A stretch of DNA of 64,000 bases, from NCBI GenBank assembly GCA_002269645.1, contig NIVC01002438.1, forward strand, positions 1 to 64,000, given 5' to 3'. The DNA comes from Macrostomum lignano (Eukaryota). The position numbers were made by a program, and so were the translations under genes. Below, piece after piece: positions 37,316-64,000 of the stretch (position 1 is its first letter; every line of letters starts with the position of its first letter). The notes beneath the pieces were generated by a model. That model saw only the letters and a list, made by a program, of their open reading frames with translations. It was not told the origin of the DNA and did no database searches.

Positions 37316-39156
37316 TGACAAATGACCCTAATTTGACAACCAAGTCCGAAATGACTCATCATCTCATAACAACTAATTTAGCCTGAGTGCCACACGCAGA
37401 TTAAAAAAATATATCCAGATTAATCTCTGAACATTTTCCATCCAAGCCATCAATCAGTCACTGCTCTACCGGTTAAAAAATAAGCAAACATGTATGGCAT
37501 ATCTAATATAACATAAACTCAAGCAAATATTATAAGATGTACTTGTTCAGTGATGTAGAAGCTATAACCAATGTTTGAGAGTTATTCGAACAAAATAGTT
37601 TGGTCTTCTCTGTGGGACGATTGATCAATTCAAACGATTACTCTCTGAAGATGGAGCTCAGTTTAGGTTTGCAACTCCCGAGATTGCTGTCCCTACATCT
37701 AAATCACAGTCAGCATCTTCCATAGCCTCCATCAAAGTGCAACTCAGATACGCATGCGCGCATTCAGGGGGAGGGGGGCCTTAGGAGAGCAATTTCTCTG
37801 TAAGATTGAGTTAGCTTTTTGGGAAGAGCATAGAGAGACATTCGGACGTCAGTTATAAGGAGAGCTTTAGAAGTTGTCTGAGAGAAGTCCCCCAAGTGGC
37901 TGCTGGCAACACACTGCATGGATACTGCAGCTGTGAGAGATATGGCCCAGCTCACTTCGGAACTGTATGTCAGACGGAGTATCAGAGAAGCTATAATTGT
38001 CCATGTGGGTTCAGACCTACGAAAAATTGCTGTAGCTTGTGCGGAAGACAAATGGGATCTGTGTAGCTAGGCTCATAATGGGATATTTAGCGCGCAAAAG
38101 GATCAAGGATTAGCTGATATGCGAAAGAGGAGTCAGGAAAGCAAGAAATATAATTAAGTTTCTATATTTTGTTATTTTTGCTTCCTGCAGTCGATTGAGC
38201 TCTGCCTGATTCTGTACTCCTGAGATGAGGAATTAACCCAATTGGATTATGGATATGCATGGTGAATCCAGTATGAATACAGTGATCTGAGTATAAATAC
38301 TTCTGAAAACAATAATTTACTTACTATTCAATAATTCAGACGCATGCAGCGAGACGCAAAGTGCACACGACTTTGGACACAAGGAAAGACTATAAAATAT
38401 CAATAAATTAACATGTACATGCATCAAGCATGTCCTTTTTCTTATACATAATATACCAGAGAGCGACAAAAATAAATGCATGTATTTTGTCCACATGCTA
38501 AATACATACATGTACATTACGCGTACAATCTGCACACTGCGTGTTAATTTACAGTGTGAATATGCAATATACACATACATTTGCATACCAAGGACCGTGT
38601 ATATACAGTTATATACAGTTGGTCCTTGTTGCATATACATATGTAGATGCATGCTACACGTGCGTTGTTGCTCTTTGCACAGATTTATTGTAATTCGCCT
38701 GTTGTTACGTCGCCACTAAGAACCCCGTTAACTAAGATATTTACGAGAAAATATCTAGCAGAAAGACTGTTTGCACTGAAATTTGCAGCTACAGAATTTC
38801 GGCACTAAAATCTGACTGCTCTTCATTTAATTTGACAATTTCGTGATCATTGTCAATATTTGTGCTATTTTTTAAAAAAACTTTAATTTTTTTAAAAATA
38901 AAGTCTAACAAGTTTACCAATATTTTTTCTGAAAAGTAGTTTAATTTGTGCAGTAAAAATTGTTTGTTAAAACTGTTATCTCCATGGACAACATTTTTTG
39001 ATTTAGACTTTTTCTTAAAAACGCGCATTCAGAACTTGGACTCGGACTCAATCATCGTAAAAAAATCGTAATAAGTGTTATCAAGGCTTGTATTATTTGA
39101 CTCAGTGCACATCAATCGTATAGTCAAATAAAAGTACTTAAATCACATCAGACAAC

Positions 39157-39265
39157 ATGACCGATGTTGAGGGTGAGTAGGACTTGATCTTCATGTTTCT
39201 TTATGAATTTAGGAACTTGACTTTTGTTTGGTAATTTAAAAAAAAATTGAAAAGGTCATTTAAAA

Positions 39266-39320
<55 letters not shown>

Positions 39321-40246
39321 TCAAAAGAGAAATTAGGATTTTCAATTAGTTAGTGGAATGAGCTCATTATTTTAATGTGCAATAAATATTTAGGTATTAT
39401 AATTACTTTTACTACTGGCAATGCCAGCTAGCTACCAGACATATCTTTGTAGATAATATTTTTGTAATTTACATTTTTATTGAAAAAAAGGTGCTGTATT
39501 TAAATTATCAATTTAATTTTTCTATTTTTATCTTCTAATTACTTCCGTTTGAATTTGATTCTTATAACTTTTTAGTTTAAAATAAAGTTGTAAATTGTAG
39601 TCAATGACTAGCTTACTAGCTATAGAAAATAATAATTAGAAATTTTGAATGACTCAAAGTTAATGCACATTTGATGTTTTTATTTTATTGAATTCTGATT
39701 AATTGGATGAGCTTAAAACTAGGGTACATTCTATAGATATTCTGTTAAAAATTGCAACCCCTAACTTCCATTCAGACAAGCAGGAAAACAAGGAGGCCAA
39801 GGTGCTCACAGATGTCAGCCTCATCAATTTGTCCCGAGCAGTGAAGCAAGGCGACCTGCAGCTCTACATGCTGCTAAATATTCCCACCGTGGAAATTATT
39901 CGACTTAAGTTTAAGAATGACGAGCAGCAACAAACTGAGACAGGTAATTTGCTTTTTGTCTTTAATTTTGATTTTCGAGCTATTGGGGTGGGGTCCAAAG
40001 TCTTGGTTCAAAATCCGACCGAAAGAATGTACGAATTTAATCTTTCCAAACACCATCTTTTCAGGTCTGTCGCAAAAGCTATTGCTGTACTGGAAGGCAA
40101 TGCGCAACGTTGCAAAGGAGGGCGAGCTGATCCGAGAATTAGAGGCCGCCCTGGGTGACAGCGGGCAGCAGGACATTGCGGATATCGTGAGCCAGAGGCA
40201 CCAAATCAACCAGGAGATTGTGCCCGAGCTCTTTGTTTCAGCCTAA
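39157..40246 (+). CDS. Stand-alone death-domain-like protein, 121 aa
   Basis: Exons 39157-39172, 39776-39943 and 40065-40246 (GT-AG, phases 1/1, 366 nt total). The protein MTDVEDKQENKEAKVLTDVSLINLSRAV...LSQKLLLYWK...LIRELEAALGDSGQQDIADIVSQRH...SA matches the death-fold pattern (LL..W......L..AL...G..D.A). Confidence 0.75.
39269..39316. repeat. (TA)n microsatellite
   Basis: Direct inspection; lies in intron 1 of the death-domain gene. Confidence 0.95.
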
Positions 40247-40344
40247 AAAAGACGGATTGTTTTTGTGGGACGCAATTAACAATTTCGTGTTTAAAAACTT
40301 GTTGTTCAAAGAAAAGTTAAGAATCTTGGAGTTTTTAGAAGTGG

Positions 40345-40565
40345 GAACGCAGGTGTCTGAGGATTTTTTAAAATTGGGATCACAGGTGTCTGAGGATTTG
40401 GGTGAAAAAGGCATTACATGTGTCTGGGGATCTGGATGAAAATGGGATCACAGGTATCTGGAGATCTGGGTGAAAATGGGATCACAAGTGTCTGGGGCAT
40501 CTGGATGAAAATGGGATCAAAAGTGTCTGGGGATCTGGGTGAAAACGGGATCACAGGTGTCTGAA
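40345..40565. repeat. Degenerate ~34-bp repeat (AATGGGATCACAGGTGTCTGGGGATCTGGGTGAA)
   Basis: About 6 diverged copies just downstream of the death-domain stop. Confidence 0.75.
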
Positions 40566-42640
40566 GATCCTTGCTTTGGGATAATGTAATCAAAAGTTCT
40601 GTCACTGAAGTCATGGCCAATAAATTTTGCTTTATTTCCGCTTTTAAATTTGCATGCTTATAGCAGAAATTGAATCAACTTCTAACGCTCCTTATGCAGC
40701 TGTTCACCTTATACAGTTTTCTAACTTCTGATCATTGTGCTTTGCTTAAAATTTTTATGATAATTTTTTGCAAGTGACATTTCTAGATGTGATTTTTCAC
40801 TAGCCAGCTATTTACAAGTGTACTATCGCTATCTCTCCAAAGATGTTTTGCTAAATCTCTGTTTTCAAATATTCTATCCTTCTAAGCTTTTGTCTGTCTG
40901 TCTGTCTTCCTTTGCAATTTTTCTAATCTTCCTTATCCTTTAAAAATGCAACAATATTTATACAATCTGCTTTCTTTCTAAAAGCTTTTCATGAATTGAT
41001 GCTTTAACAAATAAATTTATCAATCTGCTCCGCATACACTCAACTTTAATGACGATTTCTAAATGATGTTATATTTGTTTTAATGCGTCTAAATATAAAA
41101 CTCCGACCAATGTTTATTATAACACAGCTATACTCGTAAAAAATGTCCATAACGCGACCACATGGTATTCATTTTTTTGGAGAAACACCGCAAAAATGGG
41201 AGTCGGACTACAGATCCCTACTCCATATAATATATTGAGATATATTTGTTATAAATCACCAGTTACTTCATAATTTAAATCAACAAGTGTACGAATTTAA
41301 ACTATTAAGTTATAACAAGTTTTAAATAAGTTCGCATAGCAAGGTAGAGTAAAGAAGAGATTAGTTGAAGCAAAAAATCAGATTTAGAGTGATAGGTGTT
41401 CTGTTTAGAAATCACGCAGGTTAATCAAATAAATCCTGATATTTTTTTTCAGTTTTGAGAATCAGAAGGCCAATAATTAGGTGCGTATTATATAACAGTT
41501 TATAGAGAAATAAGCAGCATTAGATTAACAAACATGGGTGATAGTCTGTTATCCAAATAAACCTACTAGGAAAATCTAATAAACAACGAAAAAAATCTTT
41601 TCATATACTAATATGGCAAACAAGGTGAATGGCATTCAAAATTAAGGATAGCAAAACAGATAGTAAAATGTACTTTATAAGCAATAATTATTGGCGAACT
41701 TATAGTAAAACTACGAAACAAGAATAAGATAGAAAATCTACTAGCTATACACAACTTGGAATGTGTGTTGAAGTAAAAAACCAGGCTTCAAAGACCGCCC
41801 GCGCATCATAGCTGTTTATGGCAATTGATGGCGCAGTCGTTTGAGTCAAGGTTCTTTTAACATGGCACAAAAGAATTAAAAATAGTTAAGTAATAAGTAA
41901 TCTTCTATACTTATAATATACACAGTATGGTCCTCGAAAACCGCGTACAGTCAAATTGGTGAGCATGAGGTGTTACGGAGTCTGTGACACCGTTCTCTGC
42001 CACCAATAGCTACTATAGGCAACGAACATAAAAACTGGAGCAAGCAAAATCATTCAAACTTTTTTCTCTTTTAGAGTTGCGTAATCAGTACTTACTAAAA
42101 CACAAGGTAAGGCAAAGTGGCAATACAGTAATTACAAGTAATTAATAAAAAGTCTCTTTTTACAAGAGTCACAGCGCTTATGAGCCTTGGACGAAATTGA
42201 CCGCTCGCCTCTGCTGTACTTATAGCGGAATTCACGGCAACTGACCAAATCAAGCAGCTTGGGTGTGCGGAAAGCTTAACAAAGACTTCTTAAGTCTTTA
42301 TTCGCTATTCTTGCACAGCCTGGCTTTTAGTAGTCTTGATTGAGCAGATCGCGAGAACAGCTTGAGCACACAGCAGAGAGCAGAGTGTCGCTTTCCCACA
42401 GTTTTCGTACGGTAAATTCATTCACTGCTTTGTTAAAAAGCGTATAAAAGCAAATATTTTTAATTGGATTTTTTGTTATAATTAGATATACCAATCAAGT
42501 GAGAAAATGGATTAACAAAGTAAGCAAAATATCACAGTTAGGCTTAGGCTGGGAGCTAAACAAGGTCATTACGGGTCAATCGATATAACAGTCCAAGTCC
42601 AAGTCATTCGTGGGTGAAAAGCGTCACGTTAATACGGCTC

Positions 42641-42646
42641 TTTATT
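42641..42646 (-). promoter_or_regulatory. Candidate polyadenylation signal of ADGB
   Basis: TTTATT on the + strand, ~195 nt downstream of the stop at 42840. Confidence 0.4.
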
Positions 42647-42839
42647 TTCGTTCCTATTTTAAGACGCCAAAATGTACATCTAGAGAAGTGTACATTGGCC
42701 TAGCCAGTAAAACACCCACCTCACGCCTCGCAGTGGGGGGTTAGAAGGTTCTAGTGATGTACTCTGCCTTATCTCGCCAAGTGTACGCATCTCACCCACG
42801 AAGCAGGCATCTCTCTGCCCCAACCGTCCCAGCCCCAGT

Positions 42840-60294
<17,455 letters not shown>

Positions 60295-61114
60295 CTGAAA
60301 TGTTTTTTGTCTAGTAGATTAATTGACAAAGATGGGGGGTCAGTGGGGGGGAGGGCAGGCCCCCACCTAGACCCCCGTGCCCCCACAGGGGGGGGCTTCT
60401 CGAAACCTCGGTTCTACAGTCGCCTAATCCGTATTTCTTTGACTCAAACAAATGACTCCAGACTTGAATCGATAGCGGACCAGCGAGCTGGCTAAGCTTT
60501 TATAAGCTCACCCGTTTTGCTGCGGAGAGGGGCAGACCGGAGCTACGGTCCCCCCCCCCCAACCCAGCCAACATGCGCTCCAAACCGGGGCAACGCCTCC
60601 AGAACACAATCGCCCTGCCATGCTTGGCCTCACCTTTACACAGCAACTGGAGACTCACGGCGCCCCCAACCAACCCCCCCCCCTCCGCTCTCCCTGTCCT
60701 GCGCACCCACCCCCATTCACTCAACCCCCCCCCTTCTGCAGATTCGCAGCTGCGTAGAAGGAAAAAAACACGCGCCTGAGCCCAAGTCCGCAACCCACCA
60801 CACCCCGTGTGTACGCAGGAGGTAGTGGGGAGTTGTAGATCTGGATGTCACAAAGGCATGCTGGGCCTCCGGTACAGCACAATACCAGGAACTGGGCAGC
60901 TTGGAGAACAGAGGAAGACAGTAGCACGGCGGACGGACTCAGCACGTTGGTCTCGCTCCTCAACCCAGTCTAATGCGATAACACCGTGCTTGCTGCTATC
61001 CCGTCCTTCACATGCTAATGTCAGAAAAAAATGTCAGAGCAGAGTGGACAGGGTCTGGTGTTTTTTTGGATTTTGTGCTGTGATCTGGATTGAAAGGCAT
61101 AGGTAAAGGCGCCG

Positions 61115-61810
61115 TTCTCCTAGGGGCGCCAGATTGACAATCTTGAGGCGCAAAATTAGATAATCTATAGGCGCCGAATTGGGTAATCTGCGCCAATTTA
61201 GATAATCTACAAGCGCCAACATGGGTAATCTAGGGGCGCCAAATTTGGTAATCTAGGGGCGCCAAATTGAAGAATCTAGGGGCGCCAAATTTGGTAACTA
61301 GGGGCGCCAAATTGAAGAATCTAGGGGCGCCAAATTTGGTAATCTAGGAGCACCAAATTGGAGAATCTAGGGGCGTCAAATAAGATAATCTACGGGCGCC
61401 AAATTTGGTAATCTAGGAGCACCAAATCGGAGAATCTAGGGGCGTCAAATAAGATAATCTACGGGCGCCAAATTTGGTAATCTAGGAGCACCAAATTGGA
61501 GAATCTAGGGGCGTCAAATAAGATAATCTACGGGCGCCAAATTTGGTAATCTAGGAGCACCAAATTGGAGAATCTAGGGGCGTCAAATAAGATAATCTAC
61601 GGGCGTCAAATCGGGCAGGCTAGGGGCGCCAGGTTGGATAGTCTATGGGCGCTAAATTGGGCAATCTAGAGGTGCCAAATCGGCTAATCTAGGGACGCGA
61701 ATTCGGTTAATCTAGGGCGCCTAATTGGGTAGTCTATGGGCGCCAAATTGGGTCATCTAGGGGCGCAAAATTGGGTAATCTAGGGGCGCCGAATCGGGTA
61801 ATCCAGGGGT
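61115..61810. repeat. 22-23-bp minisatellite (CTAGGGGCGCCAAATTGGGTAAT)n, same family as 56385-57135
   Basis: Diverged tandem units; a 68-nt three-unit block repeats at ~61325-61600. Confidence 0.9.
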
Positions 61811-62703
61811 GTAATATTGGGTATCGTCGGTTGCTAAAGCTAAAAAAAGCTTGTATCAGTCCAGATACTAATTATCTGAAATCCCTGTCCCAGTATTAGA
61901 AAGCATAGCTTGCTAGAAATGTCGGGTTGGGAACAATAAATATAAAAGCAACTGCTAGGAATTGGAGGGGGAACTGTGAGGGTTAGGATTTGGCTGAGTC
62001 AGCCACGTGGCTGTGAGTGCGCGAGGGTGGGCATTGTTGGGAAGGCTAAGGGTGGGAACTGGGAAGGGAGTTATTGTGACAGTGAGCCCCCACACTTCCC
62101 GAGTCCTTGCTAAGCACACGAGCACGCAGGCACCAAACCAACCCCTTCACCCTCCCATTTTAGGAATCATATTGACCGGTGAAGTCTGGCTGTTCTAGCG
62201 CGTCTTCTGTCTGCCCCGGCCCGTCTGCCTGCCTTTTGTGTTCGCAACAATCAATTATATTTTTTTTGGTTTCTGCTCTGTGTCTCTTTTTGAGCCGCCT
62301 GGTCTTTTAGAAGCAGAAAGCCAGAATCTGCAACCGAATCTGAACCGGCTCTTTCTATGTCTTGCAATTTCTTTTCTATTGAGACTAGCGGGCAGCAGGA
62401 TAGGGCATGTTTTGAATAGCAACAAAGACTTTGTTAAATGGAGTGTGTTGTATCAAGTTTGCTGCAGGCCAGTTGCTATGGCCCAATACTATGCTCCGCA
62501 GGTTTTCTAATTTTTCTCTTTGAGTCAGCTGTGAACAGAAACTCTCTTTGGTTGTTTTACAAGCGATAGTATTTCCCACTGTGTTTGGGCAGATGGAACC
62601 AATTGCCATCGAAATTACTTTAAGAATCTCTGAAGCAATAAATAGTTTTATCAGTGAGAAAAAAGAAGACGATAAGTTTTTGTGGGGTGGGAAGTTGAAA
62701 TGA

Positions 62704-63858
62704 ATGGCGCTGTCTTAGGGCGCTGTCTTAGGGGCGCTGTCTTAGGGGCGCTGTCTTAGGGCGCTGTCTTAAGGGCGCTGTCTTAGGGCGCTGTCTTAGG
62801 GGCGCTGTCTTAGGGCGCTGTCTTAGGGGCGCTGTCTTAGGGGCGTTGTCTTAGGGGCGCTGTCTTAATGGCGCTGTCTTAATGGCGCTGTCTTAGGGGC
62901 GCTGTCTTAGGGCGCTGTCTTAGGGGCGCTGTCTTAGGGCGCTGTCTTGGGGGCGCTGTCTTAGGGCGCTGTCTTAGGGGCGTTGTCTTAGGGGCGCTGT
63001 CTTAATGGCGCTGTCTTAATGGCGCTGTCTTAGGGGCGCTGTCTTAGGGCGCTGTCTTAGGGGCGCTGTCTTAATGGCGCTGTCTTAATGGCGCTGTCTT
63101 AGGGGCGCTGTCTTAGGGGCGCTGTCTTAGGGGCGCTGTCTTAGGGCGCTGTCTTAGGGGCGTTGTCTTAGGGGCGCTGTCTTAGGGGCGTTGTCTTAGG
63201 CGCGCTGTCTTAGGGGCGTTGTCTTAGGGGCGCTGTCTTAGGGCACTGTCTTAGGGGCGCTGTCTTAATGGCGCTGTCTTAATGGCGCTGTCTTAGGGGC
63301 GCTGTCTTAGGGCGCTGTTTTAGGGGCGCTGTCTTAATGGCGCTGTCTTAATGGCGCTGTCTTAGGGGCGCTGTCTTAGGGGCGCTGTCTTAGGGGCGCT
63401 GTCTTAGGGGCGTTGTCTTAGGGGCGCTGTCTTAGGGCGCTGTCTTAGGGGCGTTGTCTTAGGGGCGCTGTCTTAGGGCACTGTCTTAGGGGCGCTGTCT
63501 TAATGGCGCTGTCTTAATGGCGCTGTCTTAATGGCGCTGTCTTAGGGGCGCTGTCTTAGGGGCGCTGTCTTAATGGCGCTGTCTCAGAAGCGCTGTCTCA
63601 GGGGCGCTGTCTTAGGGGCGCTGTCTTAATGGCGCTGTCTTAGGGGCGCTGTCTTAATGGCGCTGTCTTAGGGGCGCTGTCTTAGGAGCGCTGTCTTAGG
63701 GGCGCTGTCTTAGGGGCGCTGTCTTAGGGGCGCTGTCTCAATGGCGCTGTCTCAGGAGCGCTGTCTTAATGGCGCTGTCTTAGGGGCGCTGTCTTAGGGG
63801 CGCTGTCTCAATGGCGCTGTCTCAGGAGCACTGTCTCAGAGGCGCTGACTCAGGGGTA
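62704..63858. repeat. 14-15-bp minisatellite (TTAGGGGCGCTGTC)n
   Basis: About 78 units with TTAGGG/TTAGGGG/TTAAT variants. Confidence 0.95.
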
Positions 63859-64000
63859 ATCTTTAGGACCATGCTATCTCAAGATCAGTGAGATTCCCCG
63901 TGAGAACATGGAACCTGTGCCTGCTGCTTTTTATAGTCGTGCCATGCACGCACACTTATAAGAACTAACAAGAAAAGCAAGATTTTGTGTAACATAATGT

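Noticed and set aside
37764-38250. Short ORFs and a strong acceptor (TTCCTGCAG| at ~38190) upstream of the death-domain gene
   Set aside because: No recognisable product or consistent exon chain; cannot be supported without transcript data.
60884-60970. Possible upstream ADGB exon (CATTAG|ACTGGG...CCTG|GTATTG)
   Set aside because: No translation resembles the expected ADGB N-terminal sequence; the ADGB start is left unassigned and may be outside the window.
62704-63858. Interstitial telomere
   Set aside because: TTAGGG occurs only as part of a 14-15-bp unit with a GCGCTGTC spacer, not as (TTAGGG)n.

Overview
Eukaryotic (animal) genomic DNA. GC-rich spliced exons sit among AT-rich introns packed with about 30 micro- and minisatellite arrays. 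The style resembles the flatworm Macrostomum lignano, but this is an inference and was not verified. Five genes can be supported. (1) A 5'-truncated plus-strand ankyrin-repeat + pseudokinase + STE/MAP3K-like kinase gene (1-3812), broken by about 10 single-base indels. A ~1.1-kb foldback element and a decayed ankyrin paralog follow it. (2) A 5-exon minus-strand nicotinic acetylcholine receptor alpha-type subunit (6467-17004) with a divergent agonist site. (3) A single-exon type I membrane protein with CUB-like and LDLa-like domains (18809-20173). (4) A 3-exon stand-alone death-domain gene (39157-40246). (5) Androglobin (ADGB; minus strand, 42840 to at least 60294, 23 core exons joining in frame), with what look like two tandem-duplicated alternative last exons and two candidate cassette exons. 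The 21-39 kb interval is mostly tandem repeats, including a 4.8-kb satellite with higher-order structure, separated by unique islands I could not assign. All long ORFs over the repeat arrays are artefacts. No rRNA, tRNA or CRISPR features were seen.
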